This document shows, piece after piece, positions 49,679 to 58,770 of a stretch of DNA of 64,000 nucleotides. The first letter of the stretch is position 1. The number at the start of each line of letters is the position of its first letter. Source of the stretch: Halomonas sp. (GTDB lineage: Bacteria; Pseudomonadota; Gammaproteobacteria; Pseudomonadales; Halomonadaceae); the NCBI RefSeq assembly GCF_003553625.1, contig NZ_PWEV01000097.1. One strand, given 5' to 3'. A model generated the notes under the pieces. That model was not told where the DNA came from. It searched no databases and was given only the letters and a program-made list of their open reading frames with translations. Position numbers and translations under genes: made by a program.

Positions 49679-50899
49679 ATGAATTACCTCGTGCGTCTGT
49701 TGCAGCAACTCGCCTGGCTGCCGCTCTGTCTGTTCGGTTGGATGAGCTCTCGCGATGACACGCTATGGGTGTTCGGTGCCTGGCACGGCCGCCAGTATTC
49801 GGACAATGCCCGGCATCTCTATCGGCATGTGCGCGATCATGAGCCAGAGCTGCGTGCGGTGTGGCTGAGCCATGACCCCGAGGTGGTGAGGCAGGTCCGC
49901 GAGGAGGGGGGAGAGGCCGCGATGGCCTATTCGCTGGCGGGTATCCGGTTCTCCCTTCGGGCACGCCTCTTCCTCGTGACCCATACCGCGGAGGACGTCA
50001 ACGCGCATGCTTCCGTCGGGGGCACCCTGGTGAACCTGACGCACGGTACGCCATTGAAGCGGTTCGGAAAGGATGCCAGGTCCAGCAGGCTTGGCGGCTT
50101 CACGCCGCTGTTCGATCGCTATCTGCGCCACTTCCTGCCGGCCAAGCGGGGGCCTGATCGCGTCCTGGTGGCGTCGGGAGTCGGGCGCCAGCGGATGATG
50201 ACGGCCTATGGCCTTCCTGCCGAGCGCGTCGCGGTGCTGGGCTATCCCCGCTGGGCCGCGTTCCACATCGATGCCGCTTCGTTGCTGCGTCGCGAGGGCA
50301 TCGAGCCCCGTCATTACAAGGGTGTCGTGCTCTACGCCCCAACCCTGAGGAAGCAGGGCAGGGGTGGTCTGGATGTGGCCCAGGGCAAGCGGCTCGAGGA
50401 GCTGTTGCCCTGGCTCGAGCAGCAGCAGTTGATCCTGCTGGTACGTGGTCACGTCGCGTTGAAGATGTCTGGGGTGAAGGCCCTGGCCGAGCGCACGTCG
50501 CGGATCGTGGAAGCCTCGGCAGACCGCTTCCCGGACGTCAACGAGCTGATGCCTGAGATCGATGTGCTGATCACCGACTACTCCAGTCTGATGTTCGACT
50601 ACGCCTGCTTCAAGCGCCCGATCATCCTGATGGCGCCCGACCTGGAGGAGTATCTCCACCGGGATGTCGGGGTCTATGGCGACTATGTCGAAGACGCCCC
50701 TGGGCCGGTGATTCGTAATTGGTCACAGGTGCCCGCGGCCTGGCAGGAGATTGCCGAAGGATTGCACGACGAACGGCGCACTCGTTTCACGGCTCGTCAT
50801 GCCGCCATGAACGACGGCCGCGAGTGCGAGAGGGTCACCTGCTATCTGCGCTACCGCTACCAACAGAGAGTGATCGGCCATGCCTCGGATCATCCCTGA
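49679..50899 (+). CDS. CDP-glycerol glycerophosphotransferase (TagB/TagF family)
   Basis: YSDNARHLY, THGTPLKRFG, GYPR, LYAPT, LITDYSS.MFDY. Confidence 0.88.
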   Translation: MNYLVRLLQQLAWLPLCLFGWMSSRDDTLWVFGAWHGRQYSDNARHLYRHVRDHEPELRAVWLSHDPEVVRQVREEGGEAAMAYSLAGIRFSLRARLFLVTHTAEDVNAHASVGGTLVNLTHGTPLKRFGKDARSSRLGGFTPLFDRYLRHFLPAKRGPDRVLVASGVGRQRMMTAYGLPAERVAVLGYPRWAAFHIDAASLLRREGIEPRHYKGVVLYAPTLRKQGRGGLDVAQGKRLEELLPWLEQQQLILLVRGHVALKMSGVKALAERTSRIVEASADRFPDVNELMPEIDVLITDYSSLMFDYACFKRPIILMAPDLEEYLHRDVGVYGDYVEDAPGPVIRNWSQVPAAWQEIAEGLHDERRTRFTARHAAMNDGRECERVTCYLRYRYQQRVIGHASDHP

Positions 50900-51078
50900 G
50901 CCCATTTGCCAGGCAGTCCGCAGCATCGCCGCCTTCTCCCGTTAGCCGGGCGCTGCCTGGTGCCCTGCTCCGTCCGTTACTTCTCCTCTCCCGATCCGCG
51001 GGCTCGCGTGCCGGTGCGGGTTGTCGTGAATCATCCGCGGCGGGATATCCCCGTCCGTGATTACCCGAAGGGGGTGTC

Positions 51079-52281
51079 ATGCAAAAAGAAGTCACTGTGC
51101 TGTTGACCCAGGGGTGGTGCCGAAGCAGCTATTCGGCTCTCCGAGGTCTGGCACAAAACGATGTCAGGGTGGTGGTCTCCGACACCTCGAGGATCGGCAT
51201 GTGTCAGGCCTCACGCCTGGCGCATGGTCGTGGGCGCTATGTATCGCCCTATGCAGACCCCGCCGGGTTCGTCGCGGATGTGGCCGGTCTCTGCGAGCGA
51301 CACGACATCGGGCTGATCCTGCCGGGCCACGAGGAGGGCGAGCTGCTGGTGCAGGCGCGTGAGGCGGGAAGGTTTCCCACGAACGTGGCGCTGCCCATGG
51401 TGGATGCGGCCACCCTGGCGCTGGTCAACGACAAGGACCGCATGAGCCGGCTGGCGCGAGAGCAAGGGGTGCCGGTGGCCGCCATCGTCGATTACGCGAC
51501 CCCGGCGGAGGCCGGCCGGGCGTCTGATGTTTCCCGCGAGTATGTGGCGCGAGCGCGTCGCGGCAACAGCTCCAAGGGGGTGCGATTTTCCCGAGGCGGC
51601 GATGCGCTGGCGAAGACACTGGACGGGATGATTGAAGACTTCGAACTGGATCCCGCTTCCCCCCCCATCGTCCAGGAGCGTGTGGCTGGCGATGGCTGGG
51701 GTGTCTCCTGCCTCTACTGGCATGGCCAGCGCATCGCTTCGTTCACCCACCGGCGGCTTCAGGAGAAGGTCGCCACCGGGGGTACCAGCACTCTGCGGGT
51801 GAGTGACGCTCATGCGGGCATGGAGGCGGATGCCCATCGCCTGCTGGACGCCTTGGAGTGGCACGGACTGGCGATGCTCGAGTTCAAGCATGACCCTGCG
51901 ACGGGGCGTCATGTCTTTATCGAGGTCAACCCGCGGCTTTGGGGCTCCATCGACCTCTCGCTCAGCGCCGGGGTGAACTTCCCCTGGCTGCTCTACCTGG
52001 CCCACACCCGCGGACCGGCGGTCGCTCAGGCCCACTTCCAACCCGCTCGCCAGGGGGTCGTCGCACGCTGGCTGCTGGGCGATATGATCCGACGCCTGGA
52101 CCTCGCTCGGCGCGGGCAGTTCCGGACGGCCCTCACCTTTGCCGATGGCGTGCATGCCGACAGCTTCGATGACGCCAAGTGGGATGATCCTCTGGTGCTG
52201 TTCGGCGAGGGCTTCTATTACCTGGCCAAGGGACTCCGGACCCACAGCATGAACCCGCTGGAAGCGGGAATGGTGCGCTGA
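51079..52281 (+). CDS. ATP-grasp carboxylate-amine ligase-like protein
   Basis: NDKD, SSKGV, IVQE...G, GGTS, WHGLAMLEFK, FIEVNPRLWGS. Confidence 0.85.
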   Translation: MQKEVTVLLTQGWCRSSYSALRGLAQNDVRVVVSDTSRIGMCQASRLAHGRGRYVSPYADPAGFVADVAGLCERHDIGLILPGHEEGELLVQAREAGRFPTNVALPMVDAATLALVNDKDRMSRLAREQGVPVAAIVDYATPAEAGRASDVSREYVARARRGNSSKGVRFSRGGDALAKTLDGMIEDFELDPASPPIVQERVAGDGWGVSCLYWHGQRIASFTHRRLQEKVATGGTSTLRVSDAHAGMEADAHRLLDALEWHGLAMLEFKHDPATGRHVFIEVNPRLWGSIDLSLSAGVNFPWLLYLAHTRGPAVAQAHFQPARQGVVARWLLGDMIRRLDLARRGQFRTALTFADGVHADSFDDAKWDDPLVLFGEGFYYLAKGLRTHSMNPLEAGMVR

Positions 52282-52282
52282 C

Positions 52283-52942
52283 ATGGCCCTGATTCACTAC
52301 CACCTCCAGGACCTCCTGTCCCCCTGGCAGGGCATCGGACCGAGTCCCTCCCAGCGCCTGGTAAAGCGGCTCTTCGATCTCGGGCTGGCGCTGACCCTGC
52401 TGGCACTGCTGCTGCCGGTGATCCTGATGACGGCCTGGGCCGCACGTCTGGATACCGGGGCCTCCGGCTTCTTCCTGCAGGAGCGTATCGGGCGCAGAGG
52501 CCGCCCCTTCCGGGTCATCAAGATTCGTACCATGCGCCCGGTAGAAGGGACCACCGTCACCACCCTGGGGGATCCTCGTATCACTCGGCTCGGCGGCTGG
52601 TTGCGCCGTTCGAAGCTAGATGAGCTGCCGCAGCTGTTCAACGTCCTGGCCGGCCATATGAGCTTTGTGGGCCCGCGGCCCGACGTGCCGGGTTTCGCCG
52701 ATGCCCTGGACGATGAGGAACGGGTGATTCTCTCCGTGCGTCCGGGTATCACCGGCCCGGCGACCCTTAAGTACCGCGACGAGGAGACCCTGCTGGCCGG
52801 GGCAGAAGACCCCGAGCGATTCAACCGCGAGGTGATCTTCCCCGACAAGGTCCGGCTCAACCGAGACTATGTACTGCACTGGTCCTTTACTCGGGACCTG
52901 GTTTACCTGTGGCGTACGGCGTTTCCCCGCCCGCGTGTCTGA
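52283..52942 (+). CDS. Monotopic phosphoglycosyl transferase (PglC-like initiating sugar transferase)
   Basis: KRLFDL, F.QERIG..G.PF..IK.RTM, LR..KLDELPQL.NVL.G.MS.VGPRP. Confidence 0.92.
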   Translation: MALIHYHLQDLLSPWQGIGPSPSQRLVKRLFDLGLALTLLALLLPVILMTAWAARLDTGASGFFLQERIGRRGRPFRVIKIRTMRPVEGTTVTTLGDPRITRLGGWLRRSKLDELPQLFNVLAGHMSFVGPRPDVPGFADALDDEERVILSVRPGITGPATLKYRDEETLLAGAEDPERFNREVIFPDKVRLNRDYVLHWSFTRDLVYLWRTAFPRPRV

Positions 52943-52999
52943 GTGGGAAAACGCCGAGGCGATTATTGTTGCAGGCGCCGATGGCGCCGGGAGGAATCG

Positions 53000-54280
53000 A
53001 TGCAAGGCTGGCCACGTCATGAATCCGACGAGCTGGAGGCGGTGAGCCGCGTCCTGCGTTCGGGGCGAGTGAACTACTGGAACGGCGAGGAGGGGCGCAC
53101 CTTCGAGCGAGAGTTTGCCGAATTCCACGGGGTGCCCCACGCGATTGCTGTGGCCAACGGCACCCTGGCACTGGAACTGGCGCTGCGAGCCCTCGAAGTG
53201 GGGCCTGGCGATGAGGTGGTGGTGACTCCGCGCAGCTTCATGGCGTCGGTCTCCTGCGTGGTGGCCTGCGGGGCGCGACCGGTGTTTGCCGACGTCGACC
53301 CGGACACCGGCAACCTCACCGCCGAGAGCGTGGCGGCGGTGATGACGCCGCGCACCCGCGCGGTGATCGCCGTGCACCTGGCGGGCTGGCCCTGCGACCT
53401 CGATGCGCTGCGAGCGCTGTGCGATCGCCATGGGCTCTACTTCATCGAGGATTGCGCCCAGGCCCACGGTGCCCTCTGGCGCGGTAAGCGGGTCGGCAGC
53501 TTCGGCGATGCGGCGGCCTTCTCCTTCTGTACCGACAAGATCATCTCCACCGGTGGCGAAGGCGGCATGCTGTTGCTGAAGGACGATTCGGCCTGGGAGC
53601 GCGCCTGGAGCTACAAGGACCACGGAAAGTCCCGGCGGGCGGTGCACGCCGAGCATCCGCCGGGCTTTAGATGGTTGCACGGCAGCTTCGGCAGCAACTG
53701 GCGGCTTACCGAAATGCAGGCGGCTATCGGGCGCTGTCAGCTGCGCAAGCTCGAGGGCTGGCTGATGAAGCGCCGGGAAAATGCCGGGCGGCTGGCGGAT
53801 GGATTGAAGGGGGTCTCGGGTCTGCGTCTCCCGGTGTCTTCGCCAGAGGCCACTCCTGCCTGGTACCGTTTCTACGCTTTCGTGGACAACGAGGCGTTGG
53901 CCTCGGGCTGGGACCGCGATGCCATCGTCGCCGAGATCAACGCCCGGGGCGGGCACTGTCTGCATGGCGGCTGCAGCGAGATCTACCGGGAGCATGCGTT
54001 CGATGGCACCGACCTGCGTCCTGGCGACCCACTTCCTGTCGCGAAGCGGCTGGGCGAGACCAGCCTGATGTTCCTGGTGGACCATACCCTGCTCTCCGAG
54101 CAGATGTGTCGCCTGGCCGAGCGGGTCACGGAGGTCATGGCAATGGCCGTCGCGGAGCACCAGGTAACGCCTGGCGAACGTCAGGCCGTGTCGCAGGTCA
54201 TACCCTCGGACAGACTTGAGGAGGGTGACCGTGCTCACAAGCATTCAGCGTTTCTTCCAGCAGGTGCTGGCCGATCCTGA
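53000..54280 (+). CDS. DegT/DnrJ/EryC1/StrS PLP aminotransferase (PglE-like)
   Basis: ANGTLAL, EDCAQAHGA, FSFCTDKIISTGGEGGM, GSNWRLTEMQAA; start after GAGGA RBS. Confidence 0.92.
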   Translation: MQGWPRHESDELEAVSRVLRSGRVNYWNGEEGRTFEREFAEFHGVPHAIAVANGTLALELALRALEVGPGDEVVVTPRSFMASVSCVVACGARPVFADVDPDTGNLTAESVAAVMTPRTRAVIAVHLAGWPCDLDALRALCDRHGLYFIEDCAQAHGALWRGKRVGSFGDAAAFSFCTDKIISTGGEGGMLLLKDDSAWERAWSYKDHGKSRRAVHAEHPPGFRWLHGSFGSNWRLTEMQAAIGRCQLRKLEGWLMKRRENAGRLADGLKGVSGLRLPVSSPEATPAWYRFYAFVDNEALASGWDRDAIVAEINARGGHCLHGGCSEIYREHAFDGTDLRPGDPLPVAKRLGETSLMFLVDHTLLSEQMCRLAERVTEVMAMAVAEHQVTPGERQAVSQVIPSDRLEEGDRAHKHSAFLPAGAGRS

Positions 54281-54686
54281 GGTGCAGGAAGACGAGGTGC
54301 ATACCCTGGAGCTTGCCGCGGCCGCGCTGCTCTGCGAGGTGATGCGCGCCGACTACCGGGTTGACCCCGCCCAGCTCGAGGCTCTGCGCGAACTGCTCAT
54401 GAGCCATCTCCACCTGGAGGACGAGGCCGTGGACTCCCTGATGGCATTGGCCCGTGAGGAGGTGGAGAATTCCGTGGATCACTACCAGTTCGTCAGCCTG
54501 ATCAAGCAGCACTACGATTACGGGCGGCGCGTCGAGCTGGTGAGGATGATGTGGGTGGTGGCCCTCGCGGACGGGGAACATCACCACCTCGAGGAGCATC
54601 GCATCCGTCAGCTCGCCGATCTGCTGCACGTGGGTCACGGCGACTTCATCCGCACCAAGCTGGAGGCCAAGGAGGCTAGCGCTTGA
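54231..54686 (+). CDS. TerB-family protein
   Basis: LAAAALL.EVMRAD, MWVVA.ADG.....EEH.IR.LADLL.V.H.DFI..K. Confidence 0.85.
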   Translation: MLTSIQRFFQQVLADPEVQEDEVHTLELAAAALLCEVMRADYRVDPAQLEALRELLMSHLHLEDEAVDSLMALAREEVENSVDHYQFVSLIKQHYDYGRRVELVRMMWVVALADGEHHHLEEHRIRQLADLLHVGHGDFIRTKLEAKEASA

Positions 54687-54865
54687 AAGCTTCGTCTTCC
54701 GGTCGGGTGTATGACGGGAAAATATTCTATTGTGAGTTCATCTAGCGAAGAATAAATCTTAATTTGTATCGCCATGCCGATGTTATGGTCAGGCCTGCTA
54801 GACTTTACGCCATCAATGCCCTGCCGAGAGGTGGGGCTTTTCGTTGGCGGATCGGGGAGACTTCC

Positions 54866-56107
54866 ATGTCCCGCAACATCATCGTTCTCGGCGCCGGGAT
54901 TGTCGGCGTTTCGGTTGCCTGGCACCTGGCCCGTCGTGGTCACGACGTCACCCTGATGGATCGTCGCGAGCCGGGTCGGGAGACCTCCTTCGGCAACGCC
55001 GGCATCATCCAACGCGAGGCGGTGCGTCCCTACCCCTTCCCCCGCGACCTCGGCACCCTGCTGCGCGTCCTTCCCAACCGCCAGGTGGACATTCGCTATC
55101 GTCCGACCGGCATGGTCAGCGCGGCGGGGCCGCTGCTGCAGTACTGGATCAACTCGGGCGGGGCGCGCTACGAGCGCATCGTGGACGAGTGGGCCTCGCT
55201 GATCATGCGCTGCCAGGACACCCACTCGACCATGATCGAGGCCTCGGGGGCCGAATCGCTGGTGAGCAAGGGGGGCTGGTTGGAGCTCTACCGGACGCGC
55301 AAGGCCATGGAGGAGCGCCTGCAGGAAGCCCGCGAGAATCACGTGCGTTTCGGGGTTGAGTACGAGGAGCTCGACGCCGAGGCGCTGCAGGCCAAGGAGC
55401 CGCATCTGGCTGGGGGGCTGGTGGGCGCCATCCACTGGACCCAGCCCTGGATGGTGGCAGACCCGGGCGCCCTGGTGCAGGCCTATGCGAAGAGCTTCGA
55501 GGAGCTGGGCGGCCGCCTGATGCAGGCCAGCGTCGAGGAGGTCAGCCAGGTGGGGACCGGGTGGCGCGTGATGACCAGTGAGGGGGCTTTGGAGGCGGAT
55601 CAGGTGGTGGTGGCCATGGGTCCCTGGACCGGCGAGCTGCTGTCGCGTCTGGGCCTGGATGTGCCGCTGTTCGTGAAGCGTGGCTATCACATGCACTATT
55701 CGGCGGAGGAGGGTGCGACGCTCAATCACTGGGTGATGGATGCCGAGAGGGGCTTCCTGCTCGAGCCGATGCGAGCGGGTATTCGCCTGACCACCGGGGC
55801 AGAGCTGGCCGACCTGGACTCGCCTCCGCAGTACAAGCAGCTGGCGGCCGCCGAGAAGGCGGCGCGCAAGCTCTTCCCCCTGGGCAAGCGGCGCGACGCC
55901 CAGCCCTGGAAGGGTGCCCGCCCCTGCATGCCGGACATGAAACCGGTGATCGGTCCTGCCCCCGGCAAGCAGGGGCTGTGGCTGGCCTTCGGTCACGGCC
56001 ACCAGGGCTTCACGCTGGGGCCCGCCACCGGCGAGCTGCTGGCACAGATGATCGATGGGGAGACTCCGGCGGTCGACATGACCCCGTTCCGTTTCGATCG
56101 CTTCTGA
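54866..56107 (+). CDS. FAD-dependent oxidoreductase (DadA-like D-amino acid dehydrogenase family)
   Basis: GAGIVG, ETSFGNAG, KRGYH, G.RP..PD..PVIG, AFGHGHQGFTLGP. Confidence 0.9.
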   Translation: MSRNIIVLGAGIVGVSVAWHLARRGHDVTLMDRREPGRETSFGNAGIIQREAVRPYPFPRDLGTLLRVLPNRQVDIRYRPTGMVSAAGPLLQYWINSGGARYERIVDEWASLIMRCQDTHSTMIEASGAESLVSKGGWLELYRTRKAMEERLQEARENHVRFGVEYEELDAEALQAKEPHLAGGLVGAIHWTQPWMVADPGALVQAYAKSFEELGGRLMQASVEEVSQVGTGWRVMTSEGALEADQVVVAMGPWTGELLSRLGLDVPLFVKRGYHMHYSAEEGATLNHWVMDAERGFLLEPMRAGIRLTTGAELADLDSPPQYKQLAAAEKAARKLFPLGKRRDAQPWKGARPCMPDMKPVIGPAPGKQGLWLAFGHGHQGFTLGPATGELLAQMIDGETPAVDMTPFRFDRF

Positions 56108-56130
56108 CCCTGCTGCCTGACCGAGAGACA

Positions 56131-56173
56131 CAACGCCAACGGGCGCCTGGACACCAGGCGCCCGTTGGCGTTG
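56131..56173. repeat. Perfect 20-bp-arm inverted repeat between convergent genes
   Basis: CAACGCCAACGGGCGCCTGG-ACA-CCAGGCGCCCGTTGGCGTTG. Confidence 0.85.
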
Positions 56174-56196
56174 GGAACCCCCGTTTCCGGGGCTCG

Positions 56197-56652
56197 CTAC
56201 GAGGCCGCTCCGCCGTTGTTGCCGTTGTTGCGGCCGTCGCTGCGGTGGCGTCGTATCAGATGCATGGCCAGCTTGATCACCACCGTAAACACGAAGACCA
56301 GCCAGCCGGCGGTGGCGAAGACATTGAACAGCAGCATCTTCTGCTGACCGTTGAGCGGTGCCAGAAGGTTCTCGATGATGATGCCGAACAGGAAGGCCAG
56401 CATCATCGGCAGTGCCAGGATATGCATCCACATCTCGGTACGTCGCTTGCGCACGTGGTAGCGGCGCAGCAGAACGCGGATGGGACGATGCACGAAGCTC
56501 ACCAGGATCAGGGTCCCCAGCATCAGCAGGGCGGCCAGGGTGGGTTCGATGCTGCCAATCTGCGCCGTGAGGCTGACCGACCAGAAGACCACCAGCCAAG
56601 ACAGCCCCGAGAGGACGGTGACCAGGTCGGCATAGTGGCGCACCTTAGGCAT
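56197..56652 (-). CDS. Hypothetical 4-TM membrane protein
   Basis: MPKVRHYADL... hydrophobic C-terminal part of the 803-aa ORF, preceded by AGGAG. Confidence 0.7.
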   Translation of the reverse strand: MPKVRHYADLVTVLSGLSWLVVFWSVSLTAQIGSIEPTLAALLMLGTLILVSFVHRPIRVLLRRYHVRKRRTEMWMHILALPMMLAFLFGIIIENLLAPLNGQQKMLLFNVFATAGWLVFVFTVVIKLAMHLIRRHRSDGRNNGNNGGAAS

Positions 56653-56693
56653 ATTCTCTTCTCTCCTTGGATCTGCGGGCATGATACGGGAAT

Positions 56694-57584
56694 TCAGCGC
56701 CGGGTGAAGAGTCGTCGTACCCAGTACCAGCGATTGATCAGCAGCGCGGAGAAGATCAGCGCGCAGCCCGCCAGCTGCAGCGGCGTCATGGTTTCGCGGT
56801 ACCAGGCGGCGGCCAGGAGTGCGGTCCAGACCGCCTCGAGCATCAGGATCACCGCGGCATGGCTGGGGGTGGTGAGGCCCTGGGCGTGCACCTGCAGGAA
56901 GAAGCGCAGCGTGCTGGCGAGCAGCACGCTGGCCGCCAGCCAGCCGAGGGTCACACCGCCGATGCGCTCCGGCCACGGCTCGATCAGCACCGATGCCAGG
57001 CCGAGAATCAGTCCCACCACGGTGAGCTGGATGACCGTCAGCGGCAGGGCCGGCAGTCGATGAACGACCCGGGAGTTGACGTTGATCAGGATCGAGAAGA
57101 GAACCGCCGAGGCGGTGATCAGGGCCTGGCTGGGCTCGATGCGCAGGCCGGCGTTCAGCGACAGCAGGGCGACGCCGACCAGCGCCACGGGCAGGGCGAT
57201 CCAGGTGGTGCGCGGCGGACGGTCGCCGAACAGCAGCCTGGCCATCACCGGGACCAGCAGGATGCCCAGGCTGTTGATGAAGGCGCTCTCGCCCAGGTGA
57301 CGGGAGTGGTAGAGGCCGAGGATCCAGAAGGCCAGGGCGGCGCTGAACAGCGCGCCGACGCCGGCGCCGGCCATGACATCGCCACGGGAGAGCCGACGCA
57401 GGGAGGGCAGGGCAAAGGCCCCCAGCAGCATCCCGGCGAGGAGAAAGCGCGTGCCGATGAACAGCAGCGGCGGCATGCCGTCCAGCGCCTCCTTGGAGAA
57501 GATCCAGCCTGCCGCGGCCAGCAGCGTGACCAGCAGCAGAATCAGATCGGCGCGCAGCGGGGCACGGGTAATGACGTTGGGCAT
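56694..57584 (-). CDS. DMT/EamA family transporter
   Basis: 10 TM, two EamA repeats (FSKEAL..MPP..F...RF, A.VI..LE.VW). Confidence 0.9.
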   Translation of the reverse strand: MPNVITRAPLRADLILLLVTLLAAAGWIFSKEALDGMPPLLFIGTRFLLAGMLLGAFALPSLRRLSRGDVMAGAGVGALFSAALAFWILGLYHSRHLGESAFINSLGILLVPVMARLLFGDRPPRTTWIALPVALVGVALLSLNAGLRIEPSQALITASAVLFSILINVNSRVVHRLPALPLTVIQLTVVGLILGLASVLIEPWPERIGGVTLGWLAASVLLASTLRFFLQVHAQGLTTPSHAAVILMLEAVWTALLAAAWYRETMTPLQLAGCALIFSALLINRWYWVRRLFTRR

Positions 57585-57723
57585 GGGCACCTGACGGAGC
57601 TGGCGAGAGAGGCGGGGATGTTAGCAGACAAAGCAATCCGGCGTACGGGGTTCGGCAGCCACTCGCGGCGGCTTTCGGTATACTGATGCGCCCATACACC
57701 GATCCTCCGAGACAGGACCCGCC

Positions 57724-58761
57724 GTGACCACACTGACCCTGACCCGCCCCGATGACTGGCACCTGCACCTGCGCGACGACGAGGCCCTGGCCGCGGTGGT
57801 GGGCGCGTCTGCCGCCCAGATGGGCCGGGCCATCATCATGCCCAACCTCCAGCCACCGGTGACGACCACCGAGCAGGCGCTGGCCTATCGCCAGCGGATC
57901 CTGGCGGCGCTGCCGGAAGGCAGTCGGTTCGAACCGCTGATGACGCTCTATCTCACCGACAAGACCCCGGCCGAGGAGATCGAGCGTGCCCACGCCAGCG
58001 GCCTGGTGCACGCGGTGAAGCTCTACCCGGCCGGTGCCACCACCAACTCGGCCTCCGGCGTCACCGACCTGGCCCACTGCGATGCCGCCATTGCCGCCCT
58101 GGCGAGGCTGGGCATGCCGCTGCTGGTGCACGGCGAGGTGACCGATGCCGAGATCGACATCTTCGATCGCGAGGGGGCGTTCATCGAACGGGTGATGAAA
58201 CCGCTGCTGGAGCGTCATCCCTCCCTCCGGGTGGTGTTCGAGCACATCACCACCGCCGATGCCGTCGAGTTCGTGAAGGCGGCGCCGGCCAACGTGGCGG
58301 CAACCATCACCGCCCATCACCTGCTCTACAATCGCAACCATATGCTGGTGGGCGGCATCCGCCCCCACTACTACTGCCTGCCGATCCTCAAGCGCGAGCG
58401 CCATCGTCAGGCGCTGCTGGCGGCAGCGACCTCCGGAAGCCCCAGGTTCTTCCTCGGCACGGACAGCGCTCCTCACGCCCAGGGCGACAAGGAGAGCGCC
58501 TGCGGCTGTGCCGGTGCCTATACCGCCCCCGCGGCCATCGAGCTCTACGCCACCGCCTTCGAGGAGGTCGGCGGCCTGGAGCGCCTCGAGGGTTTCGCCA
58601 GCCACCACGGTCCCGACTTCTACGGCCTGCCGCGCAACGCCGACACCGTCACCCTGGTGCGCGAACCCTGGCAGCTGCCCGAGTCGCTGCCCTATGTGAG
58701 CGGCCAGCGTATCGTGCCCCTGTGCGCCGGTGAGACGCTGACGTGGAGACTCCAGGCCTAG
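57724..58761 (+). CDS. pyrC: Dihydroorotase (type II)
   Basis: [41 protein letters not shown]. Confidence 0.97.
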   Translation: MTTLTLTRPDDWHLHLRDDEALAAVVGASAAQMGRAIIMPNLQPPVTTTEQALAYRQRILAALPEGSRFEPLMTLYLTDKTPAEEIERAHASGLVHAVKLYPAGATTNSASGVTDLAHCDAAIAALARLGMPLLVHGEVTDAEIDIFDREGAFIERVMKPLLERHPSLRVVFEHITTADAVEFVKAAPANVAATITAHHLLYNRNHMLVGGIRPHYYCLPILKRERHRQALLAAATSGSPRFFLGTDSAPHAQGDKESACGCAGAYTAPAAIELYATAFEEVGGLERLEGFASHHGPDFYGLPRNADTVTLVREPWQLPESLPYVSGQRIVPLCAGETLTWRLQA

Positions 58762-58770
58762 GGTCGAGCG

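Noticed and set aside
54231-54686. Tellurite-resistance operon
   Set aside because: Solitary TerB-family gene with no other ter genes
56197-58608. 803-aa ORF as a single protein
   Set aside because: Most of it is antisense to pyrC or out of frame with the DMT gene; only the last 151 codons have an RBS and protein-like composition
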